Assembly: GCF_006345805.1 (NCBI RefSeq)
Contig: NC_042997.1
Location: forward strand, 94,736,001-94,800,000
Origin: Octopus sinensis
Lineage: Eukaryota
Reading direction: 5' to 3'
DNA length: 64,000 bases
Positions 10,741 through 24,214 of the stretch are shown one piece after another. The notes beneath the pieces were generated by a model. It was not told the DNA's origin. It did no database searches and saw only the letters and a list, made by a program, of their open reading frames with translations. Numbering within the stretch: position 1 is the stretch's first letter; every line of letters begins with the position of its first letter. A program made the translations under genes and the position numbers.

Positions 10741-12134
10741 CACACACACACATATATATATACATACATTTACATATATATAGAGAGATATATAGATAAA
10801 CATACATATACACACACACGCATATAATATCATCGATTAAATAGAGGAAAGATATTCAATGACGTCAAAACATTTTCTTTTCATTTAATTTTCTTTTGAA
10901 AACGTCTGGAGATATAGCAATATTGCTCTAAAATATGTAAAACAATATAATTAACAATTTTCTTAAACCATTGTTTATCTAACATCTCAATATCTTATTT
11001 CTAGCTTTTGTATTTTGCGGCAAAATTAAACTATAGTGTGACAAAAATACATTGAATTCAAATAAATAGACAACTTTCATCAGCGCAAATTTATAGTGAA
11101 ACAGATTCCAGTCCCTTGTTGTTTGTCTAGTGTGTTCCTCTTCCTGGTCGTCGACGCATATGCAGTTCGATTTCGGTCAGTATTATTTTTGTGCTCGAAA
11201 CTTGTACGTAATTTTTCTTGCTCTGTCGTTCAGAAACTGAATAGAAGAAATTTAACTGACAAAAGCCCACTCTTAGTGTACATTTACTACATGAACTTAT
11301 CCTAATCATGCATCCAACGAGCATCATTGTTATCAGAGTAAAGCATTCAAAGTTCACTTTATAATCATATAACAAAATTCACTTATATAATCATATTACT
11401 CCGTCATAGGTTACAAATTTGCATGTGAGAACAAATAAGGGAAGGTTTTAATATATTTACAAATACAAATAAACAATGGCTATGGAAAACCGAACCTGGG
11501 AAAGAAGTTCTAAGTTAGCGAGTGCAAGATCTATTAGAAGCAGCAGCCGAATATCTCACATTACAAATTTATGTCCTTAATGACATGTTAAACAACGGAG
11601 AGCAATATATTCTTTAGATCCAATGCATATTTCGATGGCCATACCTGAAATAGCTGGGGTAAAAATAGCAGGCGGTGACACATCAGTTCACCCATGGGTC
11701 TGTTTACATGCTTCAATATTCCAAGATCGCGCGTGCACGCACATACACAACCACACACGCGCGCACACTCATACACAAATTTATGTATATTTCTATAAGC
11801 AATAATTATAAAGATAGCGCTCCTCCTTCGTAATTTACTTACGGTGATCCAACATATAGCGCTGCCAGTCACCGTACTGCGACTGGAAAAGCATATGACA
11901 GGTGATCTTTTGATTCACCTCGCAGTGCCGTCTACTTCGATGAGGAGGCAACTACTCCGAAATGTTAACATCTCGCAGTCTAGGTAGTTGGTGCTGCGAG
12001 CTGATCTAAGTGTATACACACCATTTGTCAGCAAGCGTGATATATTCTATAATGACAGAACGGTGTGAGTAGCTTGTTCCCCAGTTCGAACGTGCATCGA
12101 TCATATTCGGACTGATAATAAACATTGCAATATA

Positions 12135-12364
12135 TATTTCTTTACTACCCACAAGAGGCTAAACACAGAGAGGACAAACAAGGACAGACAAAGGGATGAA
12201 GTCCATTACATCGACCCAGTACGTAACTGGTACTTAATTTATCGACCCCGAAAGGATGAAAGGCAAAGTCGACCTCGGCGAAATTTGAACTCAGAACGTA
12301 ACGGCGGACGAAATACGGCTACGCATTTCGCCCGGCGTGCTAACGTTTCTGCCAATCCGCCGCC
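12135..12364 (-). mobile_element. Full-length tRNA-derived SINE family A with a 16-bp target-site duplication
   Basis: The minus strand begins GGCGGCGGATTGGCAGAAACGTTAGCACGCCGGGCG..GAGTTCAAAT (A/B-box-like). Its central GGTCGACTTTGCCTTTCATCCTTTCGGGGTCGATAAATTAAGTACCAG resembles the Meta-type SINE domain as I recall it. The direct repeat TAAACATTGCAATATA lies at 12119-12134 and 12365-12380. Confidence 0.92.
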
Positions 12365-14624
12365 TAAACATTGCAATATAGCGATAGAGAATATAAAGAC
12401 TGGTACATCCTGAAAATTTATTTCCTTTTATCTTAAAATGTCATACAGCATATTTTTATGGTCATATCGACATACACGTCTTTCCACTGCACAGACATAC
12501 GTCTTTCCAGCTCAAATCTTTTAATATGACAGAGAGTGGTTCTTGGTAAACCTGTGCACTGATATATAGACGGTGTATAACCAACACAGAGATTATTTTA
12601 TAACTATGGATGATTTAAATGACAAATCTAAAATATTATCATAAATCGAGATTAGAGAAGGAAAACTTTGAATAGATATATATATTGACATATATTGAGA
12701 TGCGACTGTTTTTATGTGAATTTTAATTCAAACTTCAGTTTTAAGAGTTATCATTCAGGCTCACTTTCGCATTTCGGATAACAAATCAATGTTTTATTCA
12801 TTTAAAATTTAAAACTAAAGAAAAGCTTAAATGAAAGTAAAACTAAAACTAAAATTCGATCATAATTTCCATTACATTGAAATGTTCTTTGATAGACATA
12901 TCTTTATCTCCTTATTTGAAAATTATGAACATATTGAAAGTGATTTCCTTCAAAAATATTAATTTGTATATCTACGCTTTTATCGCTGCTATTAGCTTCG
13001 TAGTACACCAATAAAATCTGAGATTTCGATTTTTAGAGCAAATCTTGACTAGTCCACTGAAAATTAAAGTTCTGATTACAGAAAGCTTCATTAACCAGAG
13101 AGCAGGAACAAAATCAATAACTATCAATCCTTTTTGAAATTTGCTACTACTATTAGCGATAGTTAAATAGAAAGAAACTATTTTGCTAAATTTCTTACGG
13201 CTACAGATTAGACGGAAAACAACGAATGATTTTCTTTTGATAACTTACAAAGTCTAATCATGATAAAATCTCATATACAAAATAAAATAAATTCTCTTAC
13301 AAATGCTGTTATTTGTACGCAATGTACAACATACTTTAGACGAAATTTTAATGAACTTATTCAAATTTTAAACTTTTGTAGTACATGATTCTTTGATGTA
13401 TCACATAATAATTGAGAGGTGGCATATATTTTCAGAAATACTTTGCATTCGAGGTAATCAGTTCTCATTAGGTTCACATTAAGAAACAATTGGAAAATAG
13501 GTATATTTTCCGAAAATTGTTTTTATATACCAATCACGGGAATCCAGCATTTGGTGTTGTACGAAATGTACCAATCGATCAGAAAAACTATCAGCAAATT
13601 ATACAATTACCATTTTGTCATGTTTGTACACCTCATTCAAACACAGATATAATATATACAATGCTAACACCACCGCACTATATTCTATTTCGATCTATTC
13701 TGTCACACGGAGAGCATCGTTTGATTCTCTGAAAACTTCATATTGTAAACTAGTATAGCCTAAAGTAACTTGACATACACATTTATCCAATTTCTGTTCA
13801 TTTTATGTCGTGTCAAAACATTCACTTCAGTACGTCATCCAGAAATTTGAATCCCTTTCATAGGATTTTTGTTTGAACATTTACTTGCATCAATACAAAC
13901 CGTGCATTACTGCAAGTATTTGCCGGATGAAGAAAGTATATTCTAATGAAATAAATAGTGAATCGATGAGTCCTAAATAAAACAGAAATTTGAATAATCA
14001 GAGCATATTCTGTACCAGTGATTTATATAATTTACATGTCTCTCTGTCCCTCCAGTCTCACCTTATTACACAAGCGAATATTTCTGTTATGTGCCACTTG
14101 AATAAATATGAGCGTGTCTCACAAATAGCTGATATTTAAACTTAACTGTACGTAGGCTTTCAGGGAAAACTTGCTTTAATTTAAATACAAATTTTAATTA
14201 AGTAAATATGAATCCTGACTTGGGAGTTGATTTACACATCTCTTTATGTGAAGAAGGCATAATCCAGATTGATGATCAGATTTTAATGAGCATCTCATTA
14301 ATTGTGAATATAAAGTATCAATACTTTAATAACATTAATCAATCTTTTATAGTAATGAGTTTCTCTTCCAGACAACATGTATGTTCTTTGGTTAGACGTA
14401 AATGCCAGTTATTTTGCCAACGAGAAAAAATGAACTCAACTCGGAAATTAGACACAATTTTTAAACAGATAAAGCATTGAAGGTCGTATCAGACAGTGTA
14501 GTAAATATAAATGATTTCCGCATTTGAAATTGAAAGTGCGGCTGTAATGAAAGAAAATACAAAAACAAAAAAAAAATTGAAATTCAACTAAAAATTATAA
14601 GTTATATATACTGGTTTCAAATTT

Positions 14625-14735
14625 TCGCACAAGGCCAGTTATATAAGGGTCGATTACCTCGGATCCATTGATCAATTGGTACCCATTATATCGATTGTGA
14701 AAGGCTGAAATGCAAAGTAGGCCCCGGCGGCATTA
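14625..14735 (-). mobile_element. Degenerate SINE family A fragment
   Basis: GGTTTCAAATTTTCGCACAAGGCCAG..TATCGATTGTGAAAGGCTGAAATGCAAAGTAGGCCCCGGCGG. Confidence 0.6.
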
Positions 14736-15435
14736 TTCTTCAATACTTGAATTATGTTTAAAATTATATATAATCCTCTGTTTGAAATAAAAACGACCAT
14801 ATTGTAATTTTTCCGCAAAAGCATTACGTTTGTTCGCAATAATTGATTTGCCGCATTATATTCGTGTCCTACATAAGGAAAAGTACTTATGGGGAATGCA
14901 TATAGTTCATTATTTAGACCGAGAATGTGGGAATTCTAACACAAGTTCTATAAATCCTGGAAATTTTCTTTGAGATGGTCAATAAGAATAAGTAGATTTT
15001 AAAACAAATTTAGTATACAAATAGTATTTGTAATATTTGAGTGGTTCAGTTAAAAGCTGACAATTATTGCTGATCATCGTTCAAGAGTTCAAACGACACA
15101 GAGGTAGGAGAAGTGACAGGGAAACCAGTGTATTAGGGTTATCCTACAGTGAGCACTCTCGTCTCCGTGTTATGAAAACTGCCGAAGTTTTTGAGATGTA
15201 GTAATGAGCTCATAATATACTGTGCACAATGCTGTAATACTAATTTAAGTGGTGGGCATTCACGATTTTGACACTACTCAAGCATTGTTTAAATGATTTC
15301 AGCAAATCTTAATTTATACATATATGGATGCTAAAGCTACTGTGAGAAAACAATTCATTTTTTTCCTGGTACCCCCAAGGCTTTAGAGTCTTGTGTGATG
15401 ATCTTGTTTGCCAAGATAAGTCATCTTAATTTTAC

Positions 15436-15545
15436 CTCATAACATGAGAGCTACATAAATTCACCCTCTGAGCAAACTCAATTAACTGTTGAACTAGTGG
15501 TGTAGATGAAGGTAAACAACGTACACATTTTAAATTTGCAAAATA
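15436..15545 (-). CDS. Candidate coding exon (110 nt)
   Basis: Acceptor TTTGCTTTCTTCACAG|, donor GAG|GTAAAA. One frame is open: YFANLKCVRCLPSSTPLVQQLIEFAQRVNLCSSHVM. Confidence 0.25.
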
Positions 15546-16536
15546 CTGTGAAGAAAGCAAATAAACAACAATACTAAATTGATTCTTGTGTGTGCTCGGA
15601 CTTATTGATATTTGTTTCAAATTTAATCTGTTACTATCAAAATACGTCAACGAAAAATGCTAATAATGGTGACAATAAAAGAAATACAACAAAAAAATTA
15701 TTATTAAGACAATTTCAATTTTCGTTTTATTTAATAATTTCCATTCCTCTGAGATGGTGGAAAAGAAGAAGTAATCCCATAATGATCTTAATGAAATTCT
15801 ATTTTTAATTAAAAGACATTAACTCTTCTCACGCACACACATCTGAAAGCAAACAAACGCTCACAAATCTAAATGTGCAGATATATTCATATAGAAATAA
15901 TCATATATGTGTGTGTATACAATACCCACACAGACATACACACATGGTTGTATTAATATATGCGTGTGTGCTTGAATGTGTATACCTCTTTGTATGACTA
16001 TGTGTGTAAATAAAAGTTTATGATTTAGAATAATAACTAGTCATCAGGTGTTGACGTTCTGCAGACATAACATTTTAAATACAAATTCTCGTTGGATTAA
16101 AATATTCATCATTTGAGACATCAGACAGATTATGGAATTATTTGAAAGATATATTTCTGAGAGATTGGGACCTTTTTACACTGGGTAAGGTATTGCGTCT
16201 TAAAATTTATGTTGAGTGTCTTAGTTGCACAACTCAAAATCACGCGATTCCATTGACATTTGTTTGTTTAAATTTCATATCATGGAATTTTATATAATTG
16301 ATGGTGGTACATTCCCATATCGCAAATCGTCGCTTCCTTAGCACTTTTTCAATGGCGAGAGTGACATAGGAATATATGTAAACCAGAAAATTAAGTATGA
16401 AAAGGTACTTTTGTTAGATTTACTAGCTTTCCCGAAGACACAGTTTTGCATCAATAGATATGTTGGTACATATAATGTATTGATATCAATATTTGCATGA
16501 ATATTTTTAAATGAATACCTATCTATGTCCATACAT

Positions 16537-16568
<32 letters not shown>

Positions 16569-16647
16569 ATATATATATATATATATACATACATATATAT
16601 ATATATATAAAGTAAATAAGTAACTAACAAGGACGCCCAGGTATCAA

Positions 16648-16735
16648 TACATTACGGCCGTTTCAAGCGGTTTCATTTAATCGATCAATGAAGACATTAC
16701 ATCATTTTGTAAGAAACCGCTCTTCTCAAACACAG
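16648..16735 (-). ncRNA. Degenerate hammerhead-like motif (family 2) beside a TA microsatellite
   Basis: The minus strand reads TTGAGAAGAGCGGTTTC..(loop)..GAAACCGCTT-GAAAC-GGCC-GTA. Stem II has 8-10 bp and helix III is the palindrome ACGGCCGT, but the CUGANGA box is corrupted. Confidence 0.5.
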
Positions 16736-16742
16736 ACGCTCC

Positions 16743-16810
<68 letters not shown>

Positions 16811-17769
16811 GAAATAAGGTATTCAGAAATCTGGATGGTTTTATGTTTACAGATTTTTATTATGTCACATGTTTTTTTATAAATCATATATTAGTGCTTG
16901 CATCAACTGTAGTGGATTCTTCAGATAACCCACTAGAGTGGATGCAAGAGCTAAAATATGATTTAGAAAAATATGTGACATATTAATAAAAATCTGTAAA
17001 CATAAAACCATCCAGATTTATGAGTACCTTATTTAATACTGCTAATAGTAGCCTTCGGAACAGCACTTCGATAAGATAACTATCCTGAAGTTATGTAATA
17101 TATGTCCTGTATGCAAAGACATATATCTAAAGCTGATATAAATCCTGAATACTTTAGAACGATCAATCAGTGATATTATATATTATTTTGTTTATATTTT
17201 CGTATATATAATTTCTTTGGTAGGACTCGACAGAATTTATTCGAACACTGAAGACACACGCATTTTAATTATTTGCTCTACGGTTAAATGTGTTCCCAAC
17301 GACGGCCGCATTATATAGGAGTTTACTAATACTGTTTCCTAATATTTTTAGACATTGTGGGTGTTGGTTGGAAAAACTTGATAAGTTACAATTTTTGTAG
17401 AAACCTTGTCAAAATAAGATTGCAGTACCACTACTCATAAGCTTTGAACAATATTCCGCTGACAAAGTCCATAACGTAGTCTTATGAGTATTTAGCACAG
17501 GCGCAGTCAACTTCTAAAAGATGTGGGTCGTAGGAGATATGACATCTTTATAAGGCAGGGCGCAATGCTAAAATATAAATTAAGAGGTGATTTTTCGTGA
17601 GGCTTATCATTTAGAATGTCTCGCAGACCGCAAGTTACCTATGACTTTTTTAGCAAGTCTGGAAATTACACAATATCCTTTTCTGAGGTATAGAACCTGT
17701 GCTGTAATCGCCATCAATATTTGTGGTGCTAGGAAGTTCTCGAGGTCATAGAATCTTTGTTATGCCGGG

Positions 17770-18150
17770 CAAAATGCTTAGCTGCATTTTGTCCCTTTTT
17801 TACATTCTGAGTTCAAATCCGGAAAAGGTCGACTTTTATCATTTTGGAGTTGCTAAAATAAGTACCCATTGAGCGCTGGGGTCGACTTACTCCCTCTCCC
17901 GAAAGTGCTAGCCTTTGAAACCAATACATGAGATGCAAGTACGGTGACAAGGTGGCAGAATCGTCACTACGCTGTGCAAAATGCTTAATGGTATTTCTTC
18001 CTGCTTTGTACGTTCCGAGTTAAAATACCACCGAAATCAACATTGATTTCATTCTTTTGGAGTCGATAAAATAAATAGCAGACGAGGAATAGAATCGATA
18101 TAATCTGTTTCCACCTCAACATTACTAACGTTGTGCCAAAATTAGAAAAA
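17770..18150 (+). mobile_element. Two tandem SINE family A copies (~17770-17925 and ~17945-18150)
   Basis: Each has AAAATGCTTA..TTCTGAGTTCAAATCC/CGTTCCGAGTTAAAATACC..GTCGA..AAATAAGTACC-like cores. Confidence 0.75.
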
Positions 18151-18912
18151 AACATTGATGTTAGCTTTAACGTTTTTCAAAGTTATACACTGCATTCACG
18201 TCTACACACACACACATATATACATATATGCATGATTTAATAAAAACATAGCCACTCCTACATTGGAACACATTGATATACTTCCCAGCTTAATTAGTAC
18301 CTAATTTCCTACGCACATGTATATTTCATTTATTTTTACTCAAGCATTACGGAACATGACCATCGTTTGTGCTTCACTGCTAAATAAACTGAAAACAACT
18401 TAGAAGGATGTGTTTTGTTAGCTCGTTTACTACAAACGACTGTCGGATAACAGTTGGCAAGTGTCAAATTTAATCACTTCCCGGAAGCTGACGCCTAGAA
18501 AACAGCAGATATATCATTAAACATGATTCTGCTAAATGAGCTACTGATGCTATCAAGGAAATATTAAAATGATGTTATAATTTGGGAGACCGCTTGAACC
18601 TAATGTCTCATTAGGAATTTTTATTTCATATAATTTCCTTTTTCAGTTTCCACACACGCAGATGACGTTCTTCGAAAACACTAGAGAATTCAGCGAATAA
18701 GAATAATTTTAAAACCTCTGATAAACACCGCTAAAGCTTCCAAATTAGCATTTTAAATTATTCACAATATATCTGAAACACTTTCTGGCTTAATTGTTTT
18801 CATATATGAAAAAAAATTGCTTCGTGAATAATAAATTATTTTTCAACCACAATCAAATACCAGCTGAAGTAGGAAGATTTAAATGATTGCGCTGACGCGC
18901 GCGCATGCTTAC

Positions 18913-18952
18913 CTACTCGGACTGTGTGCAGCAACTGTGTTATAACAGAGGT
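18913..18952 (-). CDS. Candidate coding exon (40 nt)
   Basis: Acceptor TATGTTTTTATAG|, donor TAG|GTAAGC. Frame 0 reads TSVITQLLHTVRV. A 158-nt intron separates it from the 19111-19201 candidate. Confidence 0.3.
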
Positions 18953-19110
18953 CTATAAAAACATAGCAGTCCATAATTTCATATTCACACACACACACAT
19001 GTGACAAAGAGGTGACACGAGAAAAACAATGGTCAAGACTCTCCTGAGGGATCCACATTTACTTGCTGAACAGCCTGCACAGATGATCAAATGTTTGTGC
19101 TGTGCATTAC

Positions 19111-19201
19111 ATCGGTCTCTCCATTAAATTGTGCCCGCGTCAGATGACGACGGGATCCCGGTTCGGGGATCGAAATCAAGATGTTGGGATCCTGACTGCA
19201 C
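19111..19201 (-). CDS. Candidate coding exon (91 nt, phase 2 to 0)
   Basis: Acceptor TTTCTGTATATCGGTAG|, donor GAT|GTAATG. It encodes CSQDPNILISIPEPGSRRHLTRAQFNGETD in a CpG-rich island and is phase-compatible with the 18913-18952 candidate. Plus-strand readings are also possible. Confidence 0.3.
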
Positions 19202-19260
19202 CTACCGATATACAGAAATATCTGGATAAGTATGCATATAAGTATATGAATTTCACCATG

Positions 19261-19321
<61 letters not shown>

Positions 19322-19399
19322 GTTATGGCTAATGTAGTCACGCTCAGATTATCTTTCGGTGATTAGATCTAATAGAACCAAAGCCTGACTAGACACATT

Positions 19400-20760
19400 A
19401 GATCTAAATTATCATCTTTAAATATCCCTTAATACACACTGTCATTGCACACCTTACAATTCCATTAATTGTATACCTGTATACTGTTAATGGAAATGAG
19501 GATGTAGTATTATCTGATAAAATCTCGGCTAAAATATTTAAATATAAAAATAAAAGTAAAATAAACGTTAACATTAAAATGGATCGAAAAACGGGTGTAA
19601 ACATCGGAGTTGAAAAATACTTCATGCTTAATCGTTCCATTTGATAAACAGGTCAGTTACAATGTTACCAAATTGTTTAATATAGAAATTCAAAAATATT
19701 TCCCTAGAAATCACAAATAATACAACATTTTTAATCGACAAAAGATAAAATCGGGTTATTGTCTTAACCGTAATATTGCACAAATTATAGCGGTACATAA
19801 AGTTAAAATACTATGAAAATTTCAAAAAGACTATTATAATCAGAATAGCGTAATAAATTCGAAATACAATAACATCAAATGGAATAAAGTAGGGAACGCT
19901 AAAAGATAAAATGTCGTGGAAAGGGAAACAACTCAATTCAACATAAATAACGTCAAATCGAATAAAGATTCAGCTAGAAATAGAACAAAGATAACATTAT
20001 CTAGAAGAGTAAATAGTAATAAGGAACTTGATGGAAATAAATTTAATTCTACAATGAGCGATCAAATCGAATCTAAGTCTGAGGGAAATATAAAAGGCTA
20101 TCTATTGTTCTAAACCGTAATCCTGTTATGTGGAAAGTAAGTGTAAGACTAAAAATGTAACGTATAGATGTATAGTTACATCTGAGAGTAAGGAATCCCT
20201 TTACATTGGTGAGACATCTTTAATTTTCAAGAGGAGACGGACATATCATTTGAGTTCATTTGAAGACAAAAATAAAAAGTTCCAAACGTGTTTTAGCAAA
20301 TTATTCTGGTCTTTTAAGGTCAGTATCAAGAACTATACTATTAAATGGGAGTTAATTTGTACTGCAATACAAAGCTGGAACCTATAGCTATGAAGTAGGT
20401 TTAGAAGAATTTTACAGGACTTTCACATCCAAGGGTAATGTAATAAATTCTCGACAGAAGCAAGCATTGAGATGCTTGCATATGAGGAAATTCTCATTTG
20501 CGAAGTATAAATGAATAATTATCTTTTAAATTATACAAGGTTTTGAAATGATGGACCGAAAAATATTATACAATAAGAACTTGAACTAGAAATTGTTCAC
20601 CTCTGACTTACCGGAGAGCTATATATTGTACAACGGAAAGTTTATAAAAAAAAAATCATGGCTATCAAGTTAAAACCCAGAAGAGACTGCAGTGTTTTAG
20701 ACTAGGGTTACAACTCAAATAATTAGTAATCGGTGCAATTGAGACATGTGTTGGTCTTAA
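19400..20760 (+). mobile_element. Penelope-like (Neptune-type) element 3' relic: post-RT region + GIY-YIG endonuclease
   Basis: Frameshifted motifs P-F-DKQVSYNVTKLF, KYFPRNHK*YNIFNRQKIKSGYCLNRNIAQII are followed by ORF 20130-20387 (CKTKNVTYRCIVTS..LYIGETSLIFKRR..HLSSF..KWELI), a typical PLE GIY-YIG domain. Confidence 0.85.
20675..20757 (+). ncRNA. Degenerate hammerhead-like motif at the 3' end of the Neptune-type PLE
   Basis: ACC-CAGAAGA-GACTGCA..TGCAATT-GAGAC-ATGT-GTT-GGT. The topology is preserved, but both core boxes carry one substitution. Confidence 0.45.
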
Positions 20761-20829
20761 AATGTGGTATATATGTGTAGAATTAAAGGTAATGCTATTG
20801 CTACTTCGGAGTAATCCTTATTTTTAGTA

Positions 20830-20886
<57 letters not shown>

Positions 20887-21010
20887 CATACGTGTTTATG
20901 TATATGTTTAAATATATACATATGTATATATAGGCAATATTAAATCTCTGAGCGAGAGCACTATCCTTTATAAGACGCCACACTTGGTTGGCAATTATAT
21001 ATATATATAT

Positions 21011-21224
21011 TATTTCTTTATTGCCCACAAGGTGCTAAACATAGAGGGAACAAACATGGACAAATAAAGGGATTAAATCGATTACATTGACCCCAGTGCG
21101 TAACTGCTACTTAATCTATCGACCCCGAAAGGATGGAAGGCAATTTGAACTCAGAACGTAGCGGCAGACGAAATACAGCTAAGCATTTCGCCCGGCGTGC
21201 CAACGTTTCTGCCAGCTCGCCGCC
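21011..21224 (-). mobile_element. SINE family A, near full length
   Basis: Homologous along its length to 12135-12364. Confidence 0.9.
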
Positions 21225-21241
21225 ATATTACACACACACAA

Positions 21242-21292
<51 letters not shown>

Positions 21293-21524
21293 CATATATA
21301 TATATACATATATGTATGAATGTATGTATAAATGCATATATGTATCAGTGTATTAATATATATTCACTACTCTTCGAATATGTTATTATTTTAGTAAAAC
21401 CCCGTGAAATATTATTCTAATAAGCTACGCTCGTTGCACACAAAATTTTACGGACTTGTTTTGCGAACGCCACGCCGTCGCTAATATTTTTTTTATAGAT
21501 TAATTTTTCAAAATTATTTACTTA

Positions 21525-21725
21525 GTCAAAGTGGCAAACTTGAAGAATTGTTAGCATGCTGTGCAAAATGCGTAGCTACATTTCGCTCGTCTACACGTTC
21601 TGAGTTAAAATGTCAACGAGTTTGACTTTCCCTTTCAGCTTTTCGGGAGGGAAAAATGTATATCAGATGTAATCTACTTACTGCCTTCCCTGAAATTGCT
21701 GGCCTTGTGCTAAAATTTGAAACCA
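21525..21725 (+). mobile_element. SINE family A, diverged
   Basis: GTGGCAAACTTGAAGAATTGTTAGCATGC..CGTTCTGAGTTAAAAT..TTGCTGGCCTTGTGCTAAAATTTGAAACC. Confidence 0.75.
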
Positions 21726-22179
21726 AATTATTTACTCTGAATCACACTCTTTCTACGTTAACTTGTGTAAATGTGTAACAGCTTTTAAATGATATGTTCC
21801 GTTTACTTCTGCATATCAATACGGAAAACACACAACTAATTGTTGTATTCTTTGCTTGTTTCTTTCTATAGTGGTTGCCTCATTTGATTAACTCACAATC
21901 TTTATGGAATAAAGTAAAACAAATAAATCACGGGATTTGAGGAGAAGATTATGAGTTAAATTGAAAGAAACAGATTAGAACGAACAGATTAAATATATTG
22001 GAAGGAATTCAAATGTTAATTAAGGCAAATTTATCTCATATCTCGATGAAACAGGGGATTAGACTTAAATTGAACTGGAACATTTATAACTTGTAAGCTA
22101 TATGAAGAAGTATACAGAAAACCCATTGGGTATAATATCTAGACAAAATACGGAAAGATAATATATACACTTAATCGTC

Positions 22180-22335
22180 TGTCTACGTTCTGAGTTCAAA
22201 TGCCGCCAAGGTCGACTTTGCCTTTCACCCACACAAGTTCGATAAAATAAATGGTAATTGAACACTGGGAACGATATAATCAACTTACCCACCACTCCGA
22301 TATTGCTGGAACTTGTGCCAAATTTGAAACCAAAA
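22180..22335 (+). mobile_element. SINE family A, 5'-truncated
   Basis: CTACGTTCTGAGTTCAAATGCCGCCAAGGTCGACTTTGCCTTTCACC..GTGCCAAATTTGAAACC. Confidence 0.8.
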
Positions 22336-22582
22336 ATTAGACGTTTACATGTCGAAAGGCGTCGTTCGCCATTGTTTTCGAGTTGGTCTTTAGTTGGCAT
22401 CATAGTTCCTTTCATATAACCTTTATTTCTGTCTGCTTTCTTGTAGGGGTGTTACAGAACAACATACACCTACATACACGTTGATGTGCACATACTCATA
22501 AATGCACATACACCCACACAAGTGGAAAAGGATTAAAATATGTAAAAAAAAGTTATAGGATGTATTTAGTGTGGTCAGTCAG

Positions 22583-22797
22583 GGCAGCGAGCTGGCAGAT
22601 TCGTGAACACGCCGGGGAAAAATCCTTTTTTGTCCACCTTTACGGTATTTCGCCCACCTTTACCTTCTAAGAAATACTTGGCTCTTCACCCTTTCGAGTT
22701 CGATGAAATAAATACCACTTGAGCACTGTGGTCAATGTAATCAATGTAGTGCCCCTAGTCTCGAGATTGCTGTCAATGTGCCAAAATTTGAAACCAA
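22583..22797 (+). mobile_element. SINE family A
   Basis: GGGCAGCGAGCTGGCAGATTCGTGAACACGCCGGG..GTGCCAAAATTTGAAACC. Confidence 0.8.
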
Positions 22798-23766
22798 TAT
22801 ATATATATTAACAAAATAAATCTATAATATGATGGAATGGTTTGTATAAATAACGATGCCAGACATTGGCCTTTTGTCGGAGCTGATGTATGTGTGTGTG
22901 CGCGTGTGGTATGTTTTAAATTTTTAAGTATTTAGGTAACCGACATTATGCTAAGAGGTACAGAGTCTTTTAGAAGCGTAGATGAAATATTTTTGATGAA
23001 GGAACAATGGAAATATAATTAATAATTGAAATTTAGTCGATCGAGAACTGAAAATATACCTACAGAGACAGAAAATTTAAGAAAATTTATTTGATTGTAA
23101 CAAGAAGAGAAATTAAAACAAAAGTGTTATTAGTTTTGTGAGAATTGCATAAACAATTTAGTTGATTAGGGAAGTGCTCGGAGGGACGATATAAGTTTAA
23201 AATGTGTATTAATTTAGAATGGTGCGTGGAAATACTAAATTTTTATTCGACTTTGCGTTAAGATGCAATGAACTTTTATAGAGTTACTAACAGCCCCCTC
23301 ATATTCTAGCACAGGCTTCATACTAAATCTAAAGCATTAGTCATAACATTAACTGATGACTTTGTTCATATTTCGGATTTCGATGATTAAAAATATTAAA
23401 TCGACAATTCTATCTGAAAGCTTTTACCAAATTTCAATTGTTTCAAATATTACCGAACAAAATCTATAGCGTATTGCTTGAGCCAATTTCAGTAGATATT
23501 AAAACTTGGCATAACTTGAATTGATTACATTTTGTTATATGTTGCCAATGCTTCTCTTTTAGTAAAAACTGTAATTCAAGTATATGTATTTGAATTTCGT
23601 TTTTTTTTTCCGTCACCGTTTCGATTTTGAAGTAACTTTTATTGTTTAAAATGGGTTTGAATTCATCCAAGTCACTTCAGTCGTAAAATTTCATTTCTTC
23701 TGTTCTCCACCTTTATGCATTTCATATAAATGTATCAGTGTTTTTCAGCCTCAAAATGATATTTGA

Positions 23767-23811
<45 letters not shown>

Positions 23812-24214
23812 CTATATATATATATATATATATATAGATCTGTGTGTGTGTGTATGTATTTATATATAAATGTATAAATATATTAGGAATGTGCCGCCTA
23901 AGCAAGCAAAATATGTACTGCCCACATGGAATAAAATAGATCGATAGCGACATTTACCTTTTATGACAAAATATGCACCTAATTCAATAAAATTGTGAAG
24001 GTTACTCTGATTACTGTGCATAAAATGCAAAATATTTTATTTTGCATTTATATTTTATTTTGCATTTATATTTTATTTATCTGTAGATTAGGTAGGCACA
24101 ATTCGCCCCTGCCTTTTAATCTCAGTATTTAAGCTACGCATAGAACTGATGTAGTACACGTGTTGCGTACACTCCTACAACACCGATTTCTTTACGTGCT
24201 ATAAAGGCAGAAGA

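Noticed and set aside
18890-19125. Apparent plus-strand promoter (TGACGCGCGC, TATAAAAA, AAAACAATGG) with a 32-aa ORF MVKTLLRDPH..
   Set aside because: The TATA-like word is equally explained as the reverse complement of a polypyrimidine acceptor for the 18913-18952 candidate exon. There is no independent support for a promoter.
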